Positions 25,801-37,670 of a DNA stretch of 64,000 nt are shown here, piece after piece. Source of the stretch: Octopus sinensis (Eukaryota). Made by a program: the position numbers and the translations under genes. The notes under the pieces were generated by a model, which worked only from the letters and a program-made list of their open reading frames with translations, did not search any database and was not told the origin of the DNA. The DNA lies in contig NC_042998.1 of NCBI RefSeq assembly GCF_006345805.1, forward strand, positions 140,182,001 through 140,246,000, written 5' to 3'. Position 1 is the stretch's first letter, and each line of letters starts with the position of its first letter.

Positions 25801-26720
25801 CTTCCCAGGTTTTGTTTTCTTTGTTTCTTCGGGGGCATACAGCTGGTTTCAATTGCCCTAGCAGAAGCGTAAATAATTTCATTTAACTCAGTAAAATCAG
25901 GTTTTAATTCTCGTATTATTTCATTTGTTACATAGTTGCCAATTTGGATTTGTTTTTTATTTTGGTTTGTATTTGAGAGTTTATGAAGCGGTTCTCTATC
26001 ATTCATACTTGTATGTCTTACAACTTCAAGCGTATTCAGGATTTTCTGCCTCATTTCTGCCATAGACTCTCTGTGTTCTTCAGCAAATGCGAGATCTTCA
26101 GTTACTGTTGTTTTTTCGTTTTCCTGGCTATCTTTAACTGGTACAATAGAATTTCTTGTATCTTCAGGCCTTTGCGTACTTTGGTCAGATGGCAGTCTTT
26201 CAATTAAGCCTCGTGGCGGGCTATACTGTTCATCTGATTCTTCATTTCCTTTGTGTCTTATATTTATGTCATTTTCCGTTGCGTGCTTGATCGCGCTTAT
26301 TTCACTGTCTGTGAGTCTGTTATTTCTAAAGATATCCCTCCTCACATTTGCTAATTTGTTCTCGTCCAAATAGGGCCTACTGTCTTGATTCCGTGTTCTC
26401 CATATACTGTAAGAGTTTGCGGTGTGTCTCTCTTGAGATGGCCTACCTAATGCATAGTAATAAGCGTATATTACTTCTTTATACTCTTCTCGGGTCCATT
26501 TGTTCCGCTTACATTTTTCTTTCTGTGGTGGTTGTGGTGGTGAACTTGGAGGGCTCGAGTTGGGGGATTTCCCGTTCAAGTGACCATCCATGTCCGTATT
26601 CGGAGAAGAGTTTGTGCCAGTTGATGACTTTTCGATCCCAGGCTGGCTTTCCCTGGGGGACGCGCTTCCAGATTAACCATAGGAAAAGCGATTTGGTATA
26701 CTGATTTAGTTTTCCTTTTA
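22866..26720 (-). mobile_element. R4/Dong-clade non-LTR retrotransposon, near full length (5' boundary uncertain)
   Basis: Single long ORF, about 180-nt 3' UTR ending in an A-run that joins (TAA)n at about 22776-22865. Confidence 0.88.
23046..26591 (-). CDS. RT plus restriction-like endonuclease polyprotein, 1181 aa (R4/Dong type)
   Basis: N-terminal Myb-like KWTREEYKEV..Y. RT motifs NYRPITCL, WIDYKKAFDS, GIFQGDSLSPL, LFYMDDLKLY, YKYLGI. Knuckle YRFC..ETVDHLISGC, RHD, KPDIVV, IDMSIP, K..KY, VIVGALG. Confidence 0.95.
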   Translation of the reverse strand: MDGHLNGKSPNSSPPSSPPQPPQKEKCKRNKWTREEYKEVIYAYYYALGRPSQERHTANSYSIWRTRNQDSRPYLDENKLANVRRDIFRNNRLTDSEISAIKHATENDINIRHKGNEESDEQYSPPRGLIERLPSDQSTQRPEDTRNSIVPVKDSQENEKTTVTEDLAFAEEHRESMAEMRQKILNTLEVVRHTSMNDREPLHKLSNTNQNKKQIQIGNYVTNEIIRELKPDFTELNEIIYASARAIETSCMPPKKQRKQNLGRNQTWRSKIEKEIEFMRGEISILNELICGNDVRSRTGRKMKRKFGSSPREELISIKETLKQKVQAKAQRIRRFEKRNKFYKQNKLFTSNAKKFYREIGKEKVTVKDPPPMEEVQNFWKRIWSDKKTYNINADWIIQTEGSYQNLQQQAWEDITIADLREALTKAHNWKSPGKDRVPNFWLASLPCAHGKLVQLLNGIMRDPKKTPEWLASGITYLLPKNNETNLPKNYRPITCLSTTYKILTSILAEKTYAFMEKNDIFPIEQKGCRRGSYGCKDQLLINRMILENCHNKRRNLSTAWIDYKKAFDSIAHPWILRSLDIFKISPVISNFLKHNMSLWNTNLQLYHSNGVLASENININCGIFQGDSLSPLIFCIALIPLTSELNRTGYGYKIANKKISHLFYMDDLKLYGKDNNELEGLLRTVKAFSDDIGMEFGLEKCAKATFQKGKVKTTNSVVLDVDTVIRELEQEQTYKYLGINEGSGIQHASMKEKIRKECYRRVRAVLKSELNAHNKVLAINSLAVPVVTYSYNVLNWNMSVVKNIDRKIRKLLSCNRMHHPKADVDRLYLPRAQGGRGLIQFELAYKTTTIGLAKYLEISNDWMLKLVENHERRKKLHSIIKESKKFAIDLVQDTQTEQPEGSTATIVAKKVKMMAMKKAHEQLADRWEEKPLHGKYVTRSKQADVDQKQTHQWLRSSGLKAESEGFILAAQDQSLLTRNYQANVMKNGADPKYRFCNDMIETVDHLISGCKILAPVEYKLRHDRVGQYLHWLISRHYNIKTADKWYNHHPEAVTEGENVTILWDFPVHTDRTIKANKPDIVVKDQNNKVCLLIDMSIPCDHNISAKEFDKLRKYKDLLIEIEKMWHLKAVTIPVIVGALGMIKKGTENYMRIIPGLPSLQEVQKIVLTGTSHVLRRALSM

Positions 26721-27132
26721 GTTTCCAAAAACATTTTGGTGCTACGATAATGTTATCATTTTTTAGCTTTGATTGGCTCGTGGGGAGACGGCCATCATTG
26801 CCGTTACAATTATAATCGTACCATTATAGCAGCCGTAGTCGGCTTATTGTTGTTATTATCATTACCATTACCATCACTATCATCATTATCACCACCATTA
26901 CCATCATCATTATCATCATCACCATCACCATCACCACCATCATCATCAATGATATTGTTTTATGTGTAGTCACAGCAGTATCTTATTATTGTTATTTTTG
27001 TTTTTTTATCATTATCACCATCACAGTAGTGTCTGTCTGTCTCGTTGGCTGGCTTGGTGGTTGGCTGGCTGACTGTCTTCAACACTAGAGTTCTTGCCTG
27101 TCAAATAATACTTTCTTTTATTATTATTATTA

Positions 27133-27199
<67 letters not shown>

Positions 27200-27203
<4 letters not shown>

Positions 27204-27572
27204 GTTTGACTTTTGCTTTGTATTTGTACAAGTTGACTCTAAGTCTCACCTAGAGACCTCAAGAGACAACAAGTTAGAAGTTCAAGTTGGTATTATGCCT
27301 AAGGTGTTATATATTTGGTTTTGCATATAGTATTGTTCTAGGGAACGTTTAAGAAAACAAGAAAAATATTTTTATTTTAAAATTTGAGATTACATAGACA
27401 GTATTTTACGTAGGATATGGCCAGTTCCCATGAGCACTATCTTTTGAATTTCTGCCATTTTGGGGTTTCCTGGTATCTGAGCTAGGTAGGAAACAGCTCC
27501 TTTTGCTATCATTTCTAGGACACCTATAACAAAAGGTATCGTTTTAATATCGGAGCTCCTGGAATCGTACAT
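27200..27572 (-). mobile_element. Second R4/Dong-type element, 3' fragment ending in (TAA)n
   Basis: TIPFVIGVLEMI..IQKIVLMGTGHILRKILSM* parallels the C-terminus of the 1181-aa ORF. Its own 3' UTR abuts (TTA)n at about 27118-27200. Confidence 0.85.
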
Positions 27573-27589
27573 GCGTAGCGGGTTCGCTA

Positions 27590-27836
27590 CCTGCAGCCTA
27601 CGGTACCATGCTATCCATTCTTTTCAGCTATCTAATACTTTCCTGATTATTCTGGCTGTGCCAAGGAAGCAAACCTTTTGTGACAATTCTACTGAGTATT
27701 CCAATTTCCGTTATATTCTTCTTGATGACTTCTGATAGTGTTCCTAAGGACCCAACAATAACTGCCTTTATCTTCCCCTTCCTCATTTTCCATAGCCGGG
27801 CTATTTTGTACTTAAAAGGGTTGTATCTATCAATCA

Positions 27837-27930
<94 letters not shown>

Positions 27931-28450
27931 TCACCTTATTTCTTGACTATTCGTGGGTCAAAAGGACATGCGACATCAACTATGTAGCGTATGTGGTGCA
28001 TCTTGTCCACCACCAGTAGATCCGGTCTGTTATGCTCTAGCACCTGATCTGTTTGGATTGGGAAATCTCAGAGAATTTTGCTTGTCTCCGACTCTACCAC
28101 TCTCTGTGGTTTGGGCGCATACCACGTCTTGCCTCTCTCTAGCCCTCATTTTTCGCAGTTTCCAATGTAGCACATTCGCTACCTGATCGTGTTGCCACAA
28201 CTTGTAGTGGTTTTGGGCAAATCTGGGGCATTCGTTCGTGATATGGGCAATGATTTCATCCACTCCATTGCAGATGCGGCACAGCGGAGACACTTATTTC
28301 TCAGTTTGATCTTCCTGTTCGAGGTCAAAGCTTGGTTTTGCGCTGCCAGTATAGTGGTCTTGATCTCTTTTTTTTGTGTTCCTTTCATCAGTTAATCCCA
28401 CCAATTTTCCCAGCAACTTCTGTTGTGACTGCATGAATTGATTTTGTCGC
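27590..28450 (-). mobile_element. Third RLE-type element fragment (zinc knuckle to C-terminus), interrupted by (CTAT)n
   Basis: TTILAAQNQAL, PLCRICNGVDEIIAHITNEC..HDQVANVLHWKL, AVIVGSLG. The 5' truncation abuts (ATT)n at about 28452. Confidence 0.8.
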
Positions 28451-28451
28451 C

Positions 28452-28508
<57 letters not shown>

Positions 28509-28515
28509 CATTATT

Positions 28516-28565
<50 letters not shown>

Positions 28566-28568
28566 TAT

Positions 28569-28658
28569 TGAGTGAGAGAGCAGTGCGTGCCATCAAAGTG
28601 ACTCTAGGGTAAAATATATGATTCCAAGTACATCTATCATGACTACCCGTCTGATAAG
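28569..28658 (-). mobile_element. (ATT)n-anchored 555-bp family, copy 3 (90-bp end fragment)
   Basis: TGAGTGAGAGAGCAGTGCGTGCCATCAAAGTGAC..GACTACCCGTCTGATAAG directly after (ATC)n ATTAT. Confidence 0.75.
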
Positions 28659-29251
28659 AGTAGGAGAGATCCAAGTGAGTTGAGCCACAAGGAGAGTTGA
28701 TCCACCCACTAGAACTACCACTTGCATTCCAGAAAGAAATTTCAAATGCCCTCTGTTGGTGGAGTGTCACATATCTTTCTTTTCAGTTAAGGCAAATAGT
28801 TGCATAACAGCTCTTTGTTATGCAAACATGTAGCCTATGCATTGTAAATTTATTGAGGAGGTTTTGATTGAATTTGACTCAACTGCTTTGAAGTGAGTCA
28901 AAGCACATGTCAAAATGGCCGACCTGGGGAGAGATGAACCATTAATCATTAGGAGACTTAGATCCATGGCTCAACTTAGCTTTTTTTTTGTCTAAATTAA
29001 GATACTATTTACATTCCTTTTCACGCTATTAGCGTCGTTTTGGGTGTGTGTGTGTGTCAAATATGTTTGGGTGGATGATGACATACGCAGACTTGTGTTG
29101 TTATAATAGCCAGTCAGCTTCGAGTAGTTCTCTGTTGTTTAGAGTTGACCTCAGCTTGTTAACGAGGAGGCCCTCCTTGATTTGAAGGTTGCATATATTA
29201 CTTAGGTGGCCCTCATGAATCCTGTAAAGTTCTGCGTTTGGAACATGCATT

Positions 29252-29284
<33 letters not shown>

Positions 29285-29470
29285 TATATATATAAACACA
29301 TGTCCATATCAATTTTCCTGTGCGTCTTTCACCGTTATTGTTGCATTGAGTATCAGATAAGTACTGGAGCTCTAAGCATAACAGCGGCAGAGTTACATTT
29401 ACTTGAACACGCAAATTCTACTTCATGTGTGTGTATGTATAATGTAATGTGCATATGTGTGTAGGTATAG

Positions 29471-29526
<56 letters not shown>

Positions 29527-29561
29527 CTCTCTGTCTGCCTGTCTATCTATCTATCTATCTA

Positions 29562-29649
<88 letters not shown>

Positions 29650-29907
29650 TTATTTATCTATCTATCTATCCGTCTCCTGTCATCTCTCTGTATATATCAT
29701 ACAGTGTTTGTAACCGAAGAGGAGATAACCACTCCGAAATGATTACATCTCACAATCTAAACAGGTGGCGCTGCGAACTGATGTAGATGTATTTGCCCCA
29801 GTTGTCTACAGCAAGAAATTTTTGCCATGACAAAATACAGTGAATGACTTGTTAACGAGCTCGAACGTACCGGAAGCATATTTGTACTGCTAATAAGAAA
29901 TAAACAT

Positions 29908-29960
<53 letters not shown>

Positions 29961-30010
29961 AAAAAAAGTAAAGATAGAAAATGCTAAAATAATTTTATAA
30001 AAAACATTTT

Positions 30011-30045
30011 AGTACCGGTTTCAGTCATTGAGACTTTTTCAACTG
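30011..30045 (-). ncRNA. Minimal hammerhead motif (U3:A8, palindromic stem III), probable PLE terminal repeat
   Basis: Minus strand: AG TTGAAAA AGTC-TCAAT-GACT GAAA CCGG TA CT. Stem I is reduced to 2 bp. Confidence 0.55.
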
Positions 30046-30947
30046 TAACAATTAAACAATCAAATTTAGAAAAATTAAAAGAAAAGCTTTTTTAAAAGAA
30101 TATTTGTATAGTGATCAAATACAAGTGGCATTTTTCTTGTTTTTGCCTGTCTGTCTTTCTTGTTTACTCTTGTGGGTTCGAGGTCGTTGACTTCGAAAAA
30201 ATTCTCCCCCAAAGTAATCTTGGGCTTTATATTTAAGTTTCTTACAACTGTAATTCTAACGAATCTATTGTGTTTTCTCTGGTCAATCCAACTGCTAATA
30301 AAAAGATCTTTATGTTTTTATCAGAGGCCTGAAATGATTAGTTGCTTGCTGACGTCATCATTCCCTAACAAAATCCTTTGGTTACAGTTATTTTCAGGTC
30401 TGAATAGTGATTCAGTTTCAATTCCTAGGCAGTGAATTGGCATTTGGGACTCTGTCAATATTATTGCTATAGGAACTCAGAAAAGTTGAAGAGGACAATG
30501 TCTGTTTTCAGTTCTTTTAATCTTGTCCATCACACAACCTTTTTCTCCACAACCACCAAAGAGAAGAACCTGCCTGTCCTTAACGGGCAATGGAGGACGG
30601 TCGACAATCTTTAAGATTGTGTCGACCGATAAGTGGGATCCGTTCTACATGTGATTGAAGCTGTTCAACGTAACTTCACAGTAATGATGACAAAAAATAA
30701 TTCAGCCTAAACTAAACCGAGCAAATCAAGTATCGTGTAAACCGAAGGACAACTACTGTACTTCGATTCAAGCAACGGTAGCCACTTTTTATCACTATGA
30801 AAACACATGGCTTTGTGCCAGTGTAAGAATCATTATTTATCATCTTGATGATGAGAAGGATCGTTGTAGATGGAGATAAATTACAATGACACTTGTTCCG
30901 TTAGGGATTTTCAGAAAAGCAACACATACACACACAATGACCACACA

Positions 30948-30992
<45 letters not shown>

Positions 30993-33477
30993 CGACACAT
31001 ACGTTTGTGCATATGTGTGTATTTGTGTTTACACATAGATCTACGTGTCTCTCCCTTCTTTGTAGGGATATAACTCTTACGGCAACATTTCTGTGTTCTG
31101 TTGGCTAAGTTGCTAGGTTGTACACAGGCAAAATAATAATAATAATAATAAAATAAAATAAACGATTCATCAAGTGGAAGAAGAAGACCATTAGATTTGA
31201 CAAACAAAAGCTAGAAAGAAACTAAAAATAACAATAATGACAATAATAGTCATGATAAAATAAAAGACGCAAAGAAAGAAAGCAAGAGAGAAAGAGAGAA
31301 TGGAGAGAATAGAGATATCAAAGGGAGGTTACTGATGTAACCGGTGAGCATTTAGACGAGCCAGTAACTTCCTGCCTGAACATCCTGTCCGTTCTGACGA
31401 CCAATCTTACCGGCCGCGTTTGCTTTAATAATGGTCATATCAGTACGTCAGCCGTTGTTAGACATATACGTCCACACACACACACGTACGTACATACATA
31501 CATACACACACACATACATACATATAAGATATAGAAACGTTAAAATAATACACCAAACCAAGCACTTCACAATCACCATGTTGCTGGCTACTCTCTTGTC
31601 TTCTTTTGATCTTGCCTCTGAAGTTCGACGCTGTAGTACAGAGGAAGTGTTTTTCCTTTTTACAGACACCATTTATATGTTATCACTACACATATCACCT
31701 CATTAGTCTTACTCCCCTTGTCAAGAGCCTTCACCGATTACATACATTCATACATACATTCATACATACATACATACATACATACATACATACATACATA
31801 CCTATATTAGTACATTACAGTATATGTACGTATATTCTTATATATATATATATATATATATACATACATACATACACACACATTTATATACACACATACA
31901 TAAATACACACACACACATATATATATATACACATACATACATAAATACACACACACACACACATATACACACACTACGCTTATAGATAACTAAGTGCAT
32001 GTTCGTGAGGACGTGTGTGTTTGTATGTGTATGTGTGCGCGTGTGTGCATTTGTATGCATATATGTATGTGTGTGTGTATAATTGTGTATTGTATGCGTA
32101 TAAACGTGTCCGCTTTTGTAGCTCATTTTTACTGTTTTCTCTGGTAGTTTCGTCCTTTGAACATTTTCCCCTTGTCTTTTCAACTGTTATGTTCCTTTAA
32201 CCCGCCCAAATCACTTTTTCTCTCCTCTGTCTCCCCCCCCCACACGCCATCCTTATCTTCCTTCACATCGCACTCTTACCTTCGTTTCTTTTCTCTTCTC
32301 TTACTCATTTTACCCAACTCTCTTTCTCTCTCTCTCATCACTAATATCTTTATAGATAATAACTGATCACTTTTCCGTTGTTCAGTTCACATCTGCTATA
32401 ACTTCACAGTAAAAAGAACAGATTTTAGCAGCACCGAATCTCATTATCACCGACATCCACATATCTCTTCCTTCTCCTCCTCTTCCTCATCTTTCTTCTC
32501 TCTCCTCCTCCTTTCTTCCTTTCCAACTGTCCATAGACAATGCATCGGAAAATATTAGTGCAACAACTAAAACAAAAATATAACTTGGTGCTGCAGTGAC
32601 TAATGTGAACAATGTTCTAATATCGCTATCATCACCACCACCACCACAACCATCATCATTATTGCTGTTGTTGTCGTTGTTGTTGATAATGTTCTTGCTT
32701 GCTTGACGATATCAATATCATCGATATGCTTGTTTGGAGTTTAAAAAAAATTTTTTTTTTATCTGTATACAAAAAAGAAGGAATCTTAGATTGGATCCAA
32801 CAACGTGAGGAGCTGTTATAGGTTATGAACTTAGAACCGCTGAAAGTACCATAGTATCGTATTTATTCGTGTATATAAATCGCACTCGTGTGTAAATCGT
32901 AGCCCTAATAACTATTGGTACCAAATATTTTTTTACTTCATAGTTTTAGCTTTGGTTCATGTATAAGTTACACCACAGATTTTTCAGTTAAAATTTAGTA
33001 TAGGATAGTGTGACGTATGCACAAGCAAATTATGATAAATCTAAAACTGGCTTTTTACGAGATGGTATGTTATTGAAATTCAGAATATCGCAGGTTAACT
33101 TCAATTTGCTTTGTTGGCACGGTCTGGGGATGATATTTCATCAGAGTGACTGTAGAATTAAAATGAATACGGTCCTTGAAGGAAGCGTAGATATTTATGA
33201 TTGATTTATTTGTAGCTTGACTTCAGTTTGCCTTGGCTCGGATTAGAGAAGATATTTCATTAGGTAGACAATGTGAAATAAAGTGTTTATGGACCTTGAA
33301 GGTGCCGTGGGTGTTTATGATTGATTTATTTCCTGATCATTTAGCAAGAAGGTGTGATCAGGATAAAATAATATGCATAAAACCTAGGCAAGCTTGTGTA
33401 CTTCTGAAATCTGGAGTTTCATAGCTTAACTTCTGCTAGGGACACTCATGCAGATGATATCGAAGGAAAGTTTCAGC

Positions 33478-33720
33478 TAGGCGCAGGCATGGCTGTTTTG
33501 TTAAGAAGTTCGCTTGGCAACGACGTTTCCAGTTCGCTCTTATTACGTGGCATCTTCGGCAAGTGTCTTCTACAACAGCGCCGGGGAAAATGATAACTAG
33601 AGAATGAATCTGATAGGCGGAAACTATGTGGAAGCCTGTCATAGACGTATGTGTGCGTACGCGCACGCGCTGTGTCATGGTGTTTGTTTGTCCTCCCACA
33701 CCGCTTGACAAACAGTCCAA
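33478..33720 (+). mobile_element. SINE type B, diverged
   Basis: AGGCGCAGGCATGGCTG..GGCAAGTGTCTTCTAC..CCGCTTGACAA. Confidence 0.65.
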
Positions 33721-34529
33721 CAAAACAGCTTCAAAACGTTCGTTACACTCTTTGGTCGCTAACTTCACTCTGACAACTCTCATTTTGGCAACTGTCATCT
33801 CCACCTCCACACCTCTTGGGCATTGCACCATTGTTCTTATGTTTTTCCTTTTGGATGTCACTCTCCTTCTCCCCTCACCAATCCCCACCTCCGTCGCTGT
33901 CCGTCTCTCACTCTGTGCTGCTATCATCTCTCTTTCATTTCTCCCTCCTCCGCACTCCTTCCCCCCTGCTAGTTGATGGTCTCCGCGTTCGTTCCTCACT
34001 TACTTTTGTTGTCCCTTCGTTTTTTCCCCTCTCATCCGCACTGTCTTGTTTTCCCCTCCGCTTCTCTTCTCCATCCGCCCTTCCCTTCCTCCTCGGACCC
34101 CCTGGTGGTGAGTCACTACTCTTCCTTCCTTCTACCACTGTACACTACTCCTCCACCCTCTCCTCCTCCACGGTTGCACCCTCCTCCTCCTCCTCCTCCT
34201 CCACGGTTGCACCCTCCTCCTCTAGATACTCCTTCCTCGTCTCTTCCTCTTCGTATTTCTGAGGACACTAAGCTTTCATGTGTCCCTATACTCCACAAAA
34301 AAAACTTACAGGTGGTCCTCCTTCCACCACCACTCTCAAACTTATCTCGTCCGGCAGTATCAGCTCCTCCGCAATCCTATAGAAGTCCGGCAAGCCCACA
34401 TGGACCAACATCTCTAGTCCACACCCTCACCAGCTCACCTCCACAGTTCTCGACACTTTCAACATTTCAGTGTCCTCCTCTGTGTTGAAGAGAATGGCTG
34501 CCACCAGCCACGCCTCATCAATTCCTGGG

Positions 34530-34603
34530 GGACAGACAAACAAACAAGCAAACAAACACGACTGAAAACAATACCTGCGCCTTCGTTAAGGCGGAGGTAA
34601 TAA
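34530..34603 (-). mobile_element. Helentron-type non-autonomous element (HINE/DINE-like) terminal fragment
   Basis: Hairpin ACCTGCGCCTT-CGTT-AAGGCGGAGGT with the same flank as 40200-40253. Confidence 0.55.
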
Positions 34604-34921
34604 AAACACTTTACGAAATTGATAAAGATCAATAAAAATCCAGTCATATTATATTGATATAGCCGGAATACCAACTCCTTGTACAGCCAAAACATAATCC
34701 CATCCCAGGGGTCAATATTGACCACGTTGCCGACCTCTGCTCCAAAAGTTCACCAATAATGGTAAAAATTATGACGATGGCATTATATATGTATTCTGGA
34801 AAGTACTTTGGTAATCTGCTTTTGTAATAGCACAATATTTCAGAATTTACAGAGAAAAAGAAATAAGATTCGATGACGTCTTCGCTTTATCTCAAAGGTT
34901 TTATAGATTTATAGATTTTAT

Positions 34922-35075
34922 AGGCGCAGGCGTGTGGTAAGAAGCTTGCTTCCCAACCACATGGTTCGGGGTTCAGTTCCGCTGCGTGGCACCTTGGGCA
35001 AGTGTCTTCTACTATGTGTTTGTCTCCCTCCCACCTTCGCTTGACAACCAATGCTGGTGTGTTTACGTCATCCTA
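34922..35075 (+). mobile_element. SINE type B with internal deletion
   Basis: AGGCGCAGGCGTGTGGTAAGAAGCTTGCTTCCCAACCACATGGTTCGGGGTTCAGTTCC head joined to the GCTTGACAACC segment. Confidence 0.75.
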
Positions 35076-35907
35076 ACTTTTTATCCCCCTATTGTCAATA
35101 AAGTAAAATACTATGGTTTCGACTTAAGCTTCCCCTCAAAACTGCTGACTTTGTGCCAAAATCAGAAATTATATTGTGTGTTGGTGGGGTGGAGTGGAGT
35201 GGGGGAGGGGGCTGATAGGAACAGTAGAGCACCGAACAAAATGCCATGTGATATTTAGTTACTACTAATTGCGTTCAGATTTCAGATCCCGCCAGGAGCC
35301 AACTTCGTTTTTCATCCTACAGGGTTCGATAAAATAAAATGCCAACCAGGAATTGGTATCAGTCTTAAATAGATTATATCCTCCCCATAAAACCGGAGCC
35401 TTGTACCTGATATTTTCTTAGAAACCAATATAGTTGCTATAGCTCTGCGGAGGCAATGGGTCGTTGACTATTAAGTGTTTTGAGTGTGGATAACATACGA
35501 GTACTGCAGGAAGGATCGAACCGTCAAACCTTTTGATATCCACTTCGATCGGCTGTAGTTCTACCATATTTAATGTTTTGGAGGAGGAAAAGTTTTTACT
35601 TTTCTGAATAAGTCATTAAAATTAAATTTAGACTCCATTGGAAACCAAACGAGTTACGAGATCAACTAACCCCCCACTTTCTCAGCTTTTCTCTCTGTCC
35701 CTACAATGGCAACAGTGTGAGTACTTTTACAGTAAAATAAAATGCACTGTTTCAGTATGCTTCACACTTGAAAGTAATATGGAGATAAATAACAGATTTA
35801 CTGATTCTATGGCTACCGATAACGACCAATAAACTTACAAAGTCGTAGATTTCGCAGAATTTCTACAGAACTTTTATGACCTAACCCCCGCTTTCTTTCT
35901 CTCTCTC

Positions 35908-35985
<78 letters not shown>

Positions 35986-37217
35986 GTTTGTCTGTCTGTC
36001 TGTCAGTTTGTTAGTATATCCATCCATACATCCAGCATTTTATCACATAAACATCAAACATCTATTCATACGTCACAGAAAAACCGAAGACTTTCCAATC
36101 GTTTGATCGTGCCATACTTGAAGAGAATAATAATGTTGGTGAGAACATATAGTTTTATGGAAACAGGTTAGATTTTAAAAAGATAAAGCCAAACCATAAA
36201 CGTTATATCTTTACAAACATTTTCAACCGAACTACTAACATCAGAACAAATTCTGTAATTGTGTTGCTAATCAACTACTAATTCCTGTAGAATAATTTTA
36301 TAGTTAGAAAATGGTTCACTCTATTAGAAATGGTCCACTGCAGTTTTTTTCAAGACTTTTTTTTTGTGTGTGCGTGTTAGTATATAAATCGATTTCTTCC
36401 ATGGATAGATACACGGGATCAGAATTTATATTTTAAGTAGCTGTCTGATTCGGAAAAGATTGACTCATCTTTGATATTAGTAATGGTTACCTTCGTCCGG
36501 CAACCTTGCGGATTATGGAAACAATATTACTGTAGTTATAGATTTTTTGTCATATCTCATTGAGTAATAAACGAATCAATGTAACAATACAGAATGTGAC
36601 AACATACACGTTTCAGTGATGTATAAGGACTTTCTGACACCGGTGTTTCGACTTCATATATCGCTTCAGTCAGAGCTACACTCGGATCAATGGACTAGAC
36701 AAAAATGGTGGCGCTTGTTTATTGAACAAATTTGTTGCCTATGCCTGCTGATGTCTGCCAAATCGATGATTTATCATTGTAAAACGGCAAGAATCAAAAC
36801 AATGATGAGTATATCCATTCTTCATAAGTTCCGGTAGATTTGAGGGTGAATATGCTGATCATTGTTGTAGTTCGTGCTTTGGAGAATAATTAGTACCTTC
36901 AAATGATATATGTTAACAAAATACATTATCCAATGACATAAGGGGACCTTGAGAGCACCGACAATAATAAAAGCAATGACGACGACGACGACGTCAATGA
37001 TGACGAATTACATTTATATTCTGGTTAGTACTTAGACAATTTGTTTTTGTTTTGTTTTGTTTTTTTCTCGGAATTTATAGGAGAGGAAATGAAATTCTGT
37101 GGCGTCTGCGATTTATTTCAAAGATTCTAACGATTTTTAATAAGTGAAATTGTTATAACTGGGAGTATCAGAACTTGTTTACACGCTTTGATTTAAGATT
37201 ATGTCCATTCTTCACTA

Positions 37218-37670
37218 CATGTAGCTTCGTTTATCACGGATTCATTCATCACTAATCCGGGATAACACGGTACGCTCAAGTGTGAACCATGTTACACTTA
37301 TCAGTATTGATCTGTGATAAAACGGATCGGCGATCGGTCAAAGATTCTGTTTGTACCGCAAAAACGAATCACGGTCACTATCCACACTGCTCAGCTACCC
37401 ACAACGCACTGGCTATCTCTTGTGATTGTTCCGTCAACAGTGAACAAAAATTTTATAAGCCTTACAAATAATGCAGAAGAATGCATTTTCTATTAGAAAA
37501 GGTGCAGATGATAGAGAAAATACATAACAGTGGAAGCATCGCTGCAGTGGGTCGCAAGTTTAGTGTCAATGACTCTACAATTTGTTCCATTTATATAGCG
37601 CATGGAAGTAATTCATGCATCACTTATTTTAAAAACTAAACCTCCGCGATAAACGAGCTTTGATGCATTG
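37218..37670 (+). mobile_element. Tigger/pogo-derived deleted element
   Basis: TIR cores CTTCGTTTATCACGG (37225-37239) and CCGCGATAAACGAG (37644-37657). CENP-B-type HTH LLEKVQMIEKIHNSGSIAAVGRKFSVNDSTICSIY from about 37490. Confidence 0.65.

Noticed and set aside
26592-26850. HDV-like ribozyme at the 5' end of the R4/Dong element (and at the end of the 555-bp element)
   Set aside because: Hairpins are present (CCCAGG/CCTGGG, CGCTTTTCC/GGAAGCG) but I could not build the nested double pseudoknot by eye; a descriptor search is needed.
31324-31372. 11-bp hairpin GGAGGTTACTG/CAGTAACTTCC containing CTGATG
   Set aside because: No GAAA or stem II; treated as an isolated hairpin.
33436-34488. Several 116-187 aa ORFs in a CT-rich region
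   Set aside because: Low-complexity pyrimidine tract overlapping a SINE; no domain motifs.
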